Shown: piece after piece, positions 1 through 14,263 of the stretch | How the letters are laid out: every line of letters begins with the position of its first letter | How positions within the stretch are numbered: the first letter of the stretch is position 1 | Source: Lytechinus pictus | Lineage: Eukaryota | NCBI RefSeq assembly: GCF_037042905.1 | Contig: NC_087251.1 | Location: 25,174,001-25,238,000 of the forward strand | Direction: 5' to 3' | Length of the DNA: 64,000 nt | The notes under the pieces: model-generated | Database searches by the model: none | Told to the model about the DNA's origin: nothing | What the model saw: the letters and a program-made list of their open reading frames with translations, nothing else | Made by a program: the position numbers and the translations under genes

Positions 1-82
1 AAAACACCCTTAAATTGGCTTTTAAAGCTAATAACAAACTTGTATGAAATCATCTACAGTATATGCTATATTTAGGGATATG

Positions 83-3000
83 CTACCGAACAGCTTTTGG
101 TTGTACTTGCAATTCCTCAGGAGGGTTAATTTGAAATTGCTGCGTTCCCTTTTCATTATCACATTCATTGACAAAAATGGTATGTTCATTGCTATTGTGA
201 TCAAGGCATTTATTTGTGTTCTTCAACTGGAATCGTTGGTTAACCTGCAAAAAAAATAAGATAAAGACAGCAAAGATAAGTATCATTTTCTTAGACCTCT
301 GATTATGATGCTGTTCACATTGATTAAGTATTTGCGTCAGACACGAAAAGTGTCTATATACAGGGTCAGCGTCAGTGTATTTTGATGGAGGAAGAGGTAG
401 TCAGGTAGATCAGGGTGGAATTTGTGAGGCAATTAGTTTTACATGAAAAAGGTTTACACTCCCAAAGAGACATTTTTTTCATCTTCAAGTTTAAAGAAGG
501 GGGTACCAGACGGGGACAAACCACAGGGTGCTCTAATTATTTACATAGTAGGGCCAAATAAGGGAAGGCTTGTGATTTCGCATGTAATATGCAAATAGGC
601 ACAGGGGCGGAGCCAGGATATTTGAAAGAGGGGATGAGCATGATGACGTAAAGGTGATGTCATATTTTTCTTAATTTAATTACATTATAGGGCTAATATC
701 TAGTCACACAACCCAGACCTCTTTTTTTTTACTCCTTTCTTCCTTCTTTACCCCCCCCCCCCTTTCCCTCCCCTTCCTTTTCACTACTTGACAAAATCAT
801 AGAGACCACTGCCCCCTAAGGCACCATCCCTGGGTAGGCCTATTATGGAATATAAATAATGCATAGAGAAACATCCGCCTTATAACTATGATCATAACGC
901 ATACCTCATCATAATCCCAGAACGATGAATACCGAACTCTATTGCACTTGTCTATCCTGACTCTGGTCCCATCCACGTAGAAACAATAATCATACAGGAT
1001 GATTTGGCCTGGACCGGTAAAACGAAACCTCTGATTACCTCCCATACCATGACAATAATAAACACCAGCCTGTAAAAACACAATCCACAAAATAAATAAT
1101 AAATGAGCACAGTTCACGGATATAGTCACAAACCGTCACACTAAATTTATTTTGAAGTTTGATAAATTAAATATACATGTACATTTAGACAAACACGAAT
1201 TAAATGTATGATTTTTAAACATCATGGTATGTTATTAAATCAATACTTTGTTCGAAACAGAACGACTGTTGGACGAAAATTTCAAAAAGTTCAAACGTTT
1301 TCCCTACTTTCCTTTGTGAAAGTGGAGTGAATATTTTTCAGAACCCTCAAGAAATATAAGCAATGTTATATCAGCATTGCTGAATTGGGCTATCCTCCGA
1401 TTTGATATCTATAATCTATATTATGTTTTAGTATTCATTTTTGTATATGCTGTTTATTGTATTTCTTTTATCCGTCCCGACTTAAAGAAACAAGCAAGCC
1501 TCTCCTTTCCTGGATATTTTGTATTTTCTTTGTATTTTTTCGACAACGAAATTATACTTGAGATGGATATAGGGAAACATTATATTTTTTATATGCAAAT
1601 TTACAACATATCGATATTCTGTCCACCAAATTCACGAGTCGAGGAAAGTTATGAATGATATTTTTGGGGATAAAACGAAGCTTCCATCTTTATATATGGT
1701 CGCGTATGAAATAACCGTATGTTTCACACATCACGTTATTATGAGGTGGAAGTAACTTGAAACAATATACCTTCCGTCCTGCTACCTTATTGGTCTAAGA
1801 GAAGAGTCTACTCATGAAAAAAATAATGAGACACTTATCCCATGCATAATTTAAACTTTAACAGAATATTCTAATTTCATTTATACTGACCTCTCCCCCT
1901 GCTGTATCTTGATGGCCCATACTGTCTACACACAATCCTGTGTGTACCGACTTGATCTGTGACAAAGAAATATAATCATAAACATTAATGATAATTAATA
2001 AGTAATTCGGCAATTTATCCTTTTATTTGAACAGTCTGAAAACGATTTAGGGTAAAAGGTATTCATTAAATGCTGGAAAACCACATCTATATATGGTCAG
2101 GAGCAAGTAGTTTCGCGCCATCTAGTGTCATTATACATATAATCTCGAGATTGTTCAGATCGGGATAATTTGCCGAAATAGCACGATTATTTGAAAACTC
2201 GGGATGGTGCAGATGGTCCTCGAGTGTTTAAGGATACACATAAATATGATACCAACCTTAGATTATATTTTCACGTGCCAATAATAATAATATCAATTAT
2301 AATGATAATAACATGGACATTCCTAATGCGCCGGTATCGATCATAAAAAGATACTCATGACGCAGTAAAGAAAAAATTGAAACCCTGCCGACGTCTTTTG
2401 GAAGTTTATTATATAAGAATGGCTCAGCATATTGGCATGATCGACTCCCCATGAATTATGAGATTGTGGTACAGCAACTGTCAGCAAGCAAGATAAGCTA
2501 GCCGAATTAGGGTTACGAGCGGTACTGTAAGGATTGCCATTCAGTCCATGGTTTACTTCTCGAAACTGAATTCAAGAAAAACTCAAAATTTCATATTTTC
2601 TGAAATGTTCGAAATTGATTTCTCTTTAATGATAAAAGTGTTACGCAATCGATGAATTGTGGCTGTATTTCAACTGGACTTACTGCATCCATATGGCTGT
2701 GTTAAAAAAATATATAAACAAATCCATCATCCATTTTTATGTAAGAAAATACATTCTATCGCACCCCATGCACTTGCAATCACCGCAGATGAGAACCCTT
2801 ACCTCTCCCCATCCCTTGTTAGGAGGCGGTGGAGGAAACTTCTCTAATGAATCAAAGGCAATCTCCTCCATGAACCATTTAAAACTCTTCGGACAGTTGT
2901 GCCGTCTGAATCGAATCTGTTCCCCGATGTCACCGTAGGGTTTCCCGCGTAAATCTGGTCTGGCGGTGTAGAAATATTCTTTGAAGTCGTCCATCCAAAC

Positions 3001-6000
3001 TTCGGCTACTCGCATGTAGTTCTGATACAAAGAAAGTAATAATTCTGAAAATTAATGATGTGAATGGTTTCTCAAATTCAATCTTAAATAACAGGTCCGC
3101 TGTAGCATGGCGTTTAATTGTGAAAATAGGTAAAACTTTATATTTCATCCAATAATAACCATGACGGAATTTTCATCGTTATGCTTGTTTTTATATTTCT
3201 ACAAACTACATACATGTAATAAGAAATCAGCTATAGTATAGATTTTGTAATATCACATTGTTACTGTCTTTTGACTGGTAAAATTTTGTTCTGTTTGTCA
3301 GCAAGATGCAAATTTGCGCTTAATGTTGCAACCTGGTCCATCCGTCCGCGATTCGATTCAGTGAAAAAATTGTAATAGCATTGATTTTTAAATGAACATT
3401 ATTTCCAACTTATGAAATCTTAAAGATCAAAGTTCCGAATAGTGGTGTACATACTAGTTTCGAAATTCCGGTCTACTGTGAGCCTCCCCGTAGGAATAAA
3501 AAGAGGGATTCAATTCCAAATCGTAATGACCCTATATGAGTCTTGCGATCGGCTACGATTTGAAGCTGATTAGGACTCCACAAGGCTCTGCAGTGAAGCA
3601 GCATTCGATATTTTATTCGATTTGTTTAAAAATGGGTCGTAGCCGGATCGTATGAGTACAGCGTGCTTAAACGCCCTTTCACAATATTGATCCCCGATCA
3701 GTTTACGACCGCCTGCAACCTTTTTTTTTGTATTGCACGATCGATCGCTTGGTGTCTTGCGAGCACTCGCAGTCGTTGTAGGTGATTGCACGAACCAGGG
3801 GTGGTCGTGACTTGTCGCATCTGGACTTTGAACATGTTCTAAATCCAAACGCGATCAAATGCGATCGATTCACTCGCTTCAGATCGTATGACCATTACGA
3901 CCAGTCGCATTGATGTCATTCAATTTGTACGAGCGATCGCATTGCCTCACGTCGACTCTCACGACTATACATTCGGTCGTGCAACTTTTAGATTGGTGTG
4001 AAACCGCTCGCAATCACTCGTACAACACTAGTAGTGAACGCAAGGCCACTCACACGAGCATTTTGCGAGTAAATGCGACGTACTGGTCGCTTGTGTTGTA
4101 CCACAGCTGCTGCTTTTTTGTGAAAGCCTTTATGCGATGAGATAAATAGCGACCGATACCCTTTGCAGCCTGTCGTACGACCGAAAGGTGAAAATGGTCG
4201 CAAACCAAATAATTGTGAAAAACAGATCATTAAGTGCATAATATAAAGTCTTTTAAAAATTGATGAATTAATTTGTTACCATGTGAATAACGCTGACACC
4301 AGGTACGCCTGAGTCTGGGTAGGTGTAGGGAACACCCTTCCTATACACGTGACCAACTCTAGAACACGGAACAAACTTTAAGCTCCCTCCACACATCCAA
4401 ATCTGGAAAATTGAAGTTGAATAGAAAGAACAAACAGCTGTTATTGCCTTGCAACGACTGCATTAAAAAAAATCAATAATTTGTTACAAAAGAATTTGAT
4501 ATCAGTATCAGATAAGTATTATACATGTATTATACAAAACGTTCTATAGATGATGTTATGTAGATATCCTTTCAGTTACTGTCGATGACTGGATCTGATA
4601 CAATTTCATGTGATTTTATATACCAACAATCAATAAAGTGTTCCAATACTTTACATACATGCATTATATCCATATTTTGTTTATTTTTAACATTCGGTAA
4701 GAAAATATTACAGACCCCCACCCCCCCAAAAAAAAAATAAATAAAAATAAAAATAAATCTTCTACACATGCACAATCGAAATGTTCAAGTAATCTCTTGG
4801 ACTGTCGATCTGCTGGTGCTGCAACCTCATTTATTATGATCAATCACAGCAGTCACCGTCTTCTAATTTAAGGTGACAAGGGAATTTTCGTACTTTTCTT
4901 GATTTTTGTATATTGACAATTTATGTCTACTTCCCAAGTTATTTTTTTTTTTTAGGAATGAGACTGATGCGCGGAGATCTCCCTCCTGATGCATGGGAAA
5001 AAAGAAAGATTTGGAGAAAGAGATGTCACAGTAGCATAATCTCGAGAAGAAACTAATAATAATTTTCAGACAAGACATTATAGTTTAACATAATCAGGCT
5101 ATAAATAAGTTTGGTAATCTATTCACCGACCTTAAATGATATTTCGAAGTTTTCCCCGCCCCAAATTTGAAGTCCTGGATCATAAGCACCGATCTCAAAG
5201 AAGTATTCTCTGTCGATGGCGAACAAACCACCAGCCATTATGGGCGAGCTGATATGAGGTAAAATTTAATTAAAAGAAGAAGAAATATATTACTATTGAA
5301 ATAGTATAGCATAAAGGCCTATTGCCTACATGGTATATCAACATGGAGAGGGAGGATATAAGGTTTGTAACATATTTAAAAAAAACGAACCAACTCTACG
5401 AAATGCAAGACTTTGAAATATTGGTTTGGGTTATCTACAGTAGACCCCACTATTATTCTTAAAGGGGTACCCCGGGCTGAAAATATTTATATTCAAATAA
5501 ATAGAGTAAAATTCACAGATCAAAATGCTGAAAATGTCATCGTCATCATGAATATTCATTAGATGGGCTGATGATGTCACCTCCCCACTTTCCTTTTTCT
5601 TATGTTGTTACATGAAATCATAAATGTTTCGTTTTTTCATACATGTGTGAATAATGTGTCTCCTCTATAATGAAATGAGTTACAACAATAAATATCTAAT
5701 GCACTAAATCAGTTGTCAATCCATTTTTTCAGTTCTTGGTAGAAAAATATTAATAAACCTAATTTCATATAGTAAAATACAAAAGAACAAGTGGGGATAT
5801 GACATCATCAATTTGCTCATTGAATATTCATGAAGACATGCCTAGAACTGTTTCACCTGAATAATGCAAATCTTTAAAATGCCATAACTTTGTTATATAT
5901 TCATTGTCCGATTTTGATCAAATTTTCAGTATTTTGTTTGTCTGAATTTTATTTATCTCTTTAAATCATATTATTTTCAGCCCGGAGCATCCCTTTAAGG

Positions 6001-9000
6001 GAACAGTAGATTGATGTATCCTAGATTTACCCTGGTGAAGATTTGGCATTATGCCATTATCTCAATGATTCGAAACAAACAAGGTAGAAAAACAGGAAGA
6101 GATTTAACATGTAATTCATACACTGGTTCATTCATTCAAAATAACACAAAACATAAAGTGCAGGTGCATATAGTATTTATCTAGTCTGAAATGTGAATAT
6201 TGTCACATTTGCTTTAACCTAAGTTGATAAATCAGAGTAAATATGATCAGTCACAAGTTGAACTTTAATCGGTGGATGTTATTGTTTTAAACATTGCCTG
6301 ACAGTCACTGTGGAATAGACATACAACTGCAATATGGTACATATTGTGATGAGTAATGAATAAATATTTTGAGAACTTACTCGTATGGTTCGCTTTGATA
6401 CTTGAGACCTAATCTCTTTCTACTCAGATCAACTGGGATCCGTTTATACCAGAAATCCCAATCCATTGCACCACGACACATACCATCTCCTTGTGATCGA
6501 TATTCAAAGGTATCGGCCGATATCGAATCGACGGTGGGACAGACCACAGTCGTTCTGGGCAGGGAAGCAGAAATGGTTTTAAAAAATGCAAGGAGTCCGT
6601 CAGTAAGGAAAAAGGAAATAATAATTTAAAAACAGCTTTCCATTAACAAAACAAATCCGTTTGTGGCGCATTCTTTCAAGTCAAAGTTTTTTTTTAGCGA
6701 AGGAAACTTTTTCTGAAAATTTTTTAAGATTCTTGATGAATTTCACCCTAATGAAATAATGGTGTTGAAAACGTGGAATGTTTGCATGAAACTGACAATG
6801 TATCGCTTGTTTAAATTGTTAAAATGATGTCCAACGTGTTTTCTCCCGAATACTAGAGAGAACTACCCTTAAACTCGAGCCATTACCTATTGAGGGCTAT
6901 TTCTGTTAGCAATGGAACGAGCCAATTCGGAGAGCATTCGCAATGGGCGTCGAGGAACGTGACCACTTGACCGCGAGACTGCTCCGCGCCAAAGATACGG
7001 GATCGAATCAAACCTTCTCGTTTGCTGTTACGGTAGAGTTTAACTTTACCTTGGAATTGAGGTTCATCTATGTATTGCTGGAGTCTGGCTTGTAGGTGAG
7101 CTGAAACGGAACAGGAATTTCTATAATGATTAGATGATCATCATCATGATGCTGTTGATGATGATGATTATGATGACGATCATGATGATGAAGATGATGA
7201 CGATGACGATAATGATGGTGATGATGATGATGTTGTTGATGACAATAATGCTGATTAAACTTTGATTCAACAAAGAGATCATGACGGGTTTTTTTTAAAC
7301 AATAGTGAATACGATCATAAGATTGTGTGCTCATGTACATGGTGTATAGGGGGCAAGACGAGCTGAGGGTGGCGCCATTTTTTTCTTCACTCACTGGTAT
7401 AATACGGGTAATATATATTTACACTATCCATGCCAGTCTTTTGATATTTCCTTTTCTCCCATTTTCCTTTCCCCTCCTCGATGTTTACTTAAAAGGGTGT
7501 CCCTGCCCCTGAAACACCACTCCTGTTTGTATGTAACAAGTTGTAACTATATTGTGTCAGATTGCTAAACAGTTTTTCATTATCGATTACTTCTTTCCAT
7601 CAAATCATTAAAAAAAAAACTTATAATAAAACAGAGGTCATAATATTATCCACCTGTGATATCATGATCTTGTAGATCTGTGTAACTTGTCTTTTCCACT
7701 CATAACTTACATTTATCGCTGAAATCATCGACTAATATCACTTCTTGGAGTAAATTTGGAGGCGATGTGTTGATGATACTGTGTACCGTTCGTAGGAGAG
7801 TTGACCATCCTTCGTTATGAAACACCACCACTACTGATGTATTTGGTAGATTGGTCGGATAGTGCCAGTATCTGCATCTAAAATGACATCAGTTAAATTG
7901 AACGATTAGGTAACCCACTTTCTTACATTGTCGAGACGTTCATCTAGATTTGACTGGCATCTTCAAAAGTTAAATAAGACTAGTATAGGCTACTTTTTTA
8001 TGATTTAATTATGCTGGCATCCTTCATTCATAATACATGTATGATTAAAGGAAGTGTAATTGATAGTAAATTCACTAAGATTTGTAATGTTTAACATTTA
8101 AAGTAAAGTCAAATGATTATTCCATACTGTGATTTCAACATATAGCAAATAAATATTTAACATGAGCTGACATAGAGTCAGGGAAAAATAGGTCCGGTCA
8201 GTGAAGAATTATGAAGATAGATGTGACCATTTTTGGAACCATCCTTTCAGTTTTGGTCTATACATGAAAAAAAAAAACGTGCATCAATCCATGATGTTCA
8301 TGCCGACTAAGAATGGATAATGAACAATATTGTTAGCTCAGGCGATAGAGCGGGTGGTTCGTTTTTCCGGTGGCCCGTCTTCGATTGGTGCGCTAGTGCC
8401 TTTTAGTAAGGAATAATTTTTAATCATCATTACTAGCAGTAGCGTACCGTGACTCGGAGGAGACAAAGCATTGGGGGGGCAAAGCATTGTTCACAGACAA
8501 TGCACTGCCCCCCCCCAATGCTTTGTCTCCTGCGGTTCACGGTACGCTACTGATTACTAGGTCCCTCGGACAGGAACTTAAGCCTTTGGTCCTCTTTTTG
8601 TTTTGCTTACAAGCATTCATGCTTTCTTAGTGATCAGGTAAAAAAGAAATTACCATCAAGTTATTTTTCGTGAGCATCATACTTTTTCATTGCTTCGTAT
8701 TATCCACTGTGGAATGACCCACGTTTTTTTTTCACGATCACAGCTTCTTCAAAATATTACCTCCCAGTGACGTTTATCCTGCCACAAGCAAAATATTGAC
8801 TCATGAGATTTGAGCATGCGCACAAACTTACTCGTCTTGTCTAATATCATTCACAGTCCTGTCGAGTGCGATTCGGTCACTGATGACCATGTTGAAGCCA
8901 TATTCTTTAAAGCTCTGATCATATTTCTCCTGATCACTGGGGTTCAGCATGACGGGGCGACCATATTCCCCCGCGCCCTGACGACGCTCGTCCTCGGGAG

Positions 9001-12000
9001 GGGGCTCAAAGTTACCCATTGTGCTCCTCAGGACGGGAGGCTCTACAATAAGTGTCTGTGTTAAAAAAAGGAAAGGAGAGATTGGTTGATTAGTTTCTAT
9101 GTTAATTGGAGCATTGTGATTGTTTTCCTAATGTATTCTGTTTATATTTACTACAAACAACCACTTCTCACTAATTCTGTATACAAAATTTTCGCTCTTA
9201 TTTTTCTTTAATTCTATGTATCGTTCCTGTACAATATATAAATTATAAAAAAAATAAATAGATAAAAAACAAATATAAGCTCAAACTGAACCACATATTT
9301 TTTATCTGTTAATTCTCAGTTATACCATTGGTTGTAAGCTTTGACATGATTTTGTATTTTGTTATTGTTGGACAATTAATAAACATGATAATGAGATTTA
9401 ACCGAACCAAATATTCATGCTAAAATTAATGGAATAACAAGTATAGTAGATGAATTCTCCTGAATTGAAATAATTAATAAACCGCGCGAATTGCAATTAG
9501 AAGATACAATAAACTCTTGAAATTTGGAAACAACGAAACATGTTAACAAAAATGCACAAATGATTAGACCTACTATATGTAAATTCATGTTGTTTATAAT
9601 TGGTCACAACAAACTGTTAAGGTTTACTACTAAAATGTGCAAATTTCATTGGTTGCTCGCTACGCTCCATCGCGTGCAAGCAATCGAAACTCGTTTTAGG
9701 GGGTCACGACAGACGGCGCCATTCACATAGGTAGCATATATTAGCTTAAAATGACAATCATTCTTGCTCGGTTGCTGCACTTTCCTGCATGAAAATAACT
9801 GACATCTGTTTCAGTTGATGACGTCACCCCGGGTTAGCCACTGCTTATATATAAATTACATATTTATGCCCCCCCCCTCCCAGAAAAAAAAAGACATATA
9901 GGCAAACCCGACCCTTATTTGCCACAGGTCATCGCAAATCGTTGTGCATATATAACTGTATAATGGTCTATAAAATTATGTGAACAAGACTCTATAAGCA
10001 TATACCATTAATTGCAAATATGTTTTCGACTGTACATGTATAATGGAGATATCGAGGCAGCTGGACATATTAGTTAAGACGCAAAGAGAAAATATGACCT
10101 TCGTGGTTGATATGAAATAAAAAAAGGATATACGGAACACCGGGGTATATACTAACAAACTGAGTAACAGGGAGAATCACTACAGGGAGGGGGGGGGGGC
10201 AGTAGGAAACGTCACCCAAATATTCTATGGGGGACATGACGCCATTCCTGCATAAACAATAACTTGAATTTTGAAGCCTTCCTTTTATTAATGGTCTAGA
10301 ACTGCAAACAAGATCAAAATACCTTTTATACTTGAAATTAGAGTTTTCCTCGCTAGCTCGTAAAATTCAAATCCAGGATTGTTTCAGGAAGCATTTTGTA
10401 CGAACCCCTAGGGTCCAAGTTTGAACCCCTGTACCAACCCAAAGAGTTCAAATTTGAACCCCTATTTCCAAGTGTGATATGTTTATGTTAAATAACACAA
10501 CACAACCATAGGTGGATCCAGGGGGCCGAGGGGTCCGCCTTCTATTGGCGGAGCCAAAAAAAGGAGAAAAGAAGGGGGAGAGAAAGAAAAGAAACAAAAA
10601 AACCGAAGGGGAAAGAGAGGAGGAACAAAAAAGAGAAGAGGAAAAATAAGAGGAGGAAGACGAGTGGATGAAATAAGGTCAGGGGAAGACTTGGATTAAA
10701 AAAAAAAAATTCATGTCACTATATAAAATTTTTCGCGCTCACATTTTCTGTTCGATTATTATATTGCTCAATAAGCTGATATGGAGCTGAAAATATCAAG
10801 TTGTTAAAAATATGTTAACCCATGCATCCTATTCATAATTACAAAAGTGCTTAAATGTCCAGTTTTTATGCCTCAATGTCAACAAATTTCACGCTATCGT
10901 TAGGCTTATTAGATTAATAGATAACATATTCATGAATTCCTAATGACTAAATTGTCCCCTTTTCAGAATGGAATATTGACAAGTTTCATCTCGCTCTTAG
11001 GAAGAGGAATATGAAAATAGTCATCATTTCCATTTGATGACAAAATATCCTTAGAATGTCCCGGTCCTAGGACAAAAGAATAATGAAAAATATCAGCTCG
11101 CGCTTCGCGCTTACATTATTTATTAAATGCGTTCACATCCATTTTACAATTTTCCTACACAGTACTTGAAACAGTGCTTAAATTGACCCTTTTCAAATTG
11201 GAATATCAAATTTTTTCAGCTCGCGCTTCGCGCTCGCACTATTGATTTTCATGATTAAAAATTGTATTCAGAATGCCCAGATTTTGTCTAATTCTGTCGC
11301 ACGCATGTTTATTGAGATACGCAGCTTGTTCTTTATTCAGAACGTGCTCAAATTATCAAGTTGCAGATCAGAATATCAAAAAAATTCTGCTCGCACGCGC
11401 CTCGCATCAATAATTGTATAGTTATATACCTATCCCGTAATGATTACAAATAGCACTTAGAATGTCAATTTTTAGGTCGGAATGTCAAAAATTATTATGT
11501 ATCGTGTTGGCTAACTGCAAAAATCCTCAACAGGTCCCTTTACGATCAGGCCAAAACGCATATTAAACATTTCTGCTCGCGCTTCTCGCTCGCAGTAATT
11601 ATCGAGTTACATACGCATCTTGTTCAGGACCACAAACATTGCCCAGAATGTTCAATTTTCAAGACAAAATACAATTGAAATTTCAAAAAATGTTATCTCG
11701 CGCTTCGTGCTCGCACTATTTAAATAGGGCTTATGAGATTATTGCATATTTATGTTGTCTTAAAACAATAAAGATAAGAAGTGACTGTTAGGACTACTAT
11801 TCAAAGAAAAAAAATTGAGCGGCCTATCGGGGAAAATATGGGTGAAAAAATGCCCCCCATAAACTGGATCCGCCCTTGACAACATCACCAACGATCCATG
11901 CATTTTGCAACTATCTATCATTCTAATGTTCACATTGTTGCTTGTTATATCGTACTTGGTACGATACAAACCACGATTGACTCAAGCAGATAATCAGGTT

Positions 12001-13428
12001 TTTATTTAAGCCTAGTGTGTGTCATCTTTCCTGAGCAATAATATGCGTCTGGCCAATTATTATCACGATCCATTTCTGATCAATTGTGGCAAGTCATTCC
12101 AAGTCACCAGGCATGACCCGGGTGTTTGTCGGGTGAAATCATATCAGTGTTATCCGAAGCGTAATCGGTGATGGTTTTGATAGAAGGTGGATAACTTATG
12201 AAGTCGGTATTGATCAGCCAAAATAATGATCAAATATCATTAATATCGTGTTAATAATGATAACCCTTGCAACGTAAGAAACACTGACGTATCTAGGAGA
12301 GAGGACAAGAAGGCCTGTGTCCAAAGCACCACTTTTGGGGGAAGGGGTGTTAAAGGGCAAATGTTAGGGAGAGAAGGTGAGAAAAAAGGAGGGGGGGGGG
12401 GTAATCCCTTTTGATATATATTAACACGGAAACAGTAAATAAAAAATAATTGATATGCACACAAACCTAATTTATTGATACCATTGTTGATCTTTCTGAA
12501 AAACAAAATTGATGTCATGATGCACCCTAAATTCAATTTCAATTCAATTCAATTCAATTTTATTTTCCACATATTGAGTAAAAAACATGCAATATAATTA
12601 CAATTGAATACATACATAGATAATAAACAATACAAATATAAAAAGTTACAATATATTACATAAAAAAGACATAAAATAATCAAAATGTGGAGGGGATTGA
12701 CAAAGGCCATATTGATCTATCAAGGTCAATCCCCAATGAAAGAAATAAATGGAATACACAAATTACATATGGATAAAAAAAAAAGAAAAAGATACTAGAC
12801 CTCAAAACCCCAGACAAAGCAAGAGAAAGTAAAATAATAGTTTAATCAATCCACTAGAATCTTCTTCAGGTACATGTAGGCCTATTTTCTGCACACTCTT
12901 GTACAAACCCCTACCCCTTTAAGGAAGCATCAGATAGTTTTGGATCTAATCGGCTTGATATTACTATTTAAAGTTCTATCCACTCATTGGGTGTATACAC
13001 ACAATGAGTGGATAGAACTTTAAATAGTAATATTGCTTGTGAAGTGGTACAATGCACTGTAGCCTATAGGTCTAGCTATACCGCACAAATTTTGTTGATC
13101 ATCTTTTAAGGCATCAACAGAAGCACAAAATATGTGTGAATGTATACTAACTAACAATGTAGTATTTTAGCAATATTGTTATTGATATCATTAATGTTAT
13201 TGATATTAATATTCTGAGAATAATACTTACATCCAACTGCATGTCTTGCAGACCGTCGGGTAGATCATTGCTCCTTCTCAACCCCCTCCATTCATCATAA
13301 GGATTCCAAAAGGTAGAGTCTTGAGTTGTGAATAATAATAGAACTGGTATCAAGAGCATTAGTACAATACATAATACAAATAATTTCTTACACCACCGAG
13401 AGCGTCTATTACAGCACCTACCAACCAT
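83..13428 (-). CDS. GALNT7: Polypeptide N-acetylgalactosaminyltransferase 7-like (GT27 catalytic domain + C-terminal ricin-B lectin), 11 coding exons, 609 aa
   Basis: Exons in transcript order: 13231-13428, 8832-9055, 7711-7877, 6887-7100, 6381-6554, 5131-5248, 4280-4402, 2803-3021, 1891-1956, 905-1069, 83-244 (1830 nt incl. TAG). All introns GT-AG, phases consistent. N-terminal type II TM ([18 protein letters not shown]). Family motifs: [57 protein letters not shown] (DxH), [59 protein letters not shown], lectin [15 protein letters not shown]. The T7 subfamily call comes from recalled similarity; the exact paralogue needs a tree. Confidence 0.93.
602..832. mobile_element. Degenerate CAGGG...CCCTG MITE
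   Basis: Begins CAGGGGCGGAGCCAGG and ends CCATCCCTG; poly-C and pyrimidine-rich interior; no clean TSD. Confidence 0.35.
3525..4215. repeat. CpG-rich interspersed repeat, probably a non-autonomous DNA transposon relic
   Basis: Abrupt rise in CpG with recurring CGATCG/GTCGCA/TCGTA motifs inside an AT-rich intron; termini not resolved. Confidence 0.4.
5463..5994. mobile_element. Kolobok/T2-type MITE, family A copy 1
   Basis: TTAA|AGGGGTACCCCGGGCTGAAAAT...ATTTTCAGCCCGGAGCATCCCT|TTAA; long imperfect inverted arms; homologous to 14264-14869 and 19068-19567. Confidence 0.85.
7125..7250. repeat. Degenerate (ATG/CAT)n microsatellite
   Basis: Imperfect GAT/TGA triplet run about 25 nt from the GALNT7 exon 4 acceptor. 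Confidence 0.85.
8330..8640 (+). mobile_element. Degenerate tRNA-derived SINE interrupted by a small MITE
   Basis: A-box-like TAGCTCAGGCGATAGAGC head and degenerate B-box; the body resumes after the 8437-8552 insertion. Confidence 0.45.
8437..8552. mobile_element. 116-bp hairpin MITE with 8-bp TSD (hAT-like)
   Basis: ATTACTAG|CAGTAGCGTACCGTGA...TCACGGTACGCTACTG|ATTACTAG; almost wholly palindromic. Confidence 0.9.
10507..11878. mobile_element. Non-autonomous TIR element with internal GCTCGCGCTTCGCGCTCGCA repeats
   Basis: Ends CATAGGTGGATCCAG / CTGGATCCGCCCTTG; purine-rich tract; motif recurs near 11097, 11219, 11389, 11576 and 11697; TSD not clean. Confidence 0.65.
12530..12780 (-). mobile_element. 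3' tail of a non-LTR retroelement
   Basis: (AATTC)n run, i.e. a (TTGAA)n tail on the minus strand, plus stem-loop GGGGATTGAC...GTCAATCCCC at about 12692-12734. Confidence 0.5.
12958..13033. repeat. Perfect inverted repeat (32-bp arms, 12-bp spacer)
   Basis: ATATTACTATTTAAAGTTCTATCCACTCATTG / CAATGAGTGGATAGAACTTTAAATAGTAATAT. Confidence 0.95.
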
Positions 13429-14263
13429 TGTTACCGCTTCCAGTTATCACGATACCAAGAAAAATAACACATGTATACAGGAATCAGCAGATGTATTATT
13501 TCATACAGACGAGTATCAATTATCAGAATACCAAATGTACATAGATCCTTTAGAGTATGATATTCCCATTGAGCGACTCCGTGATATTCCATGCACAATA
13601 TCCGTTTTGTTATTTTTCATGTTGAAGTGGCAGACTATACGGTTCCCCGACTATACAGCTTCCAAACATAGATAGTAGTACCAATAATGAAGGTCATTAC
13701 TATATGTTGTCTGCTAAAGAACACCAGCTACCCTTAACATGCTTAGGCTTAAGAATGCAAACTTCGGAGGCGCCGCGTGTATAGATAAACCACACGATGA
13801 ATGGTTGCGATGGTATGTTTAAACAGTGTATTATTTTGGTACCCGTATATATTGATGATTAGAACGACAATTTGAGTAGAAACGCACGATAATTATGATC
13901 TGATGTTTGCTGACTGATAAACAGCACTATGTAGTAAACGTGGGCTCGTAGCGTATTACTCAACATGCTCAATATACCACGTAAGTACTAGAATAGTATG
14001 AACGGGTGACTCCATTCGCCCTGAATGAACACAAAGAATACAAATAGGGGTATAGACTTTTGCCTTTTGTGTAAACGTTGCACTGTTTTCTCACTGGCTT
14101 TTGAAGTTTTTCTTGGCCACGTTGGCATAATAAGACGATTCAATGAAAACTGCAAATACTAAAAACATTCTATCAGTTGAGTTTTTTGGGTAATATTTTT
14201 ACTTTATTAATTACCAGTAAATCATCGTAAACGGAAACAGTACGCCCAGTCAACCACCTTTAA

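Noticed and set aside
7068..7394. 108-aa His-rich ORF
   Set aside because: Translation of an intronic (CAT)n microsatellite; it overlaps GALNT7 exon 4 in the wrong frame.
13328..13675. 115-aa plus-strand ORF antisense to the GALNT7 5' end
   Set aside because: GTG start, no recognisable domain; consistent with a chance ORF.
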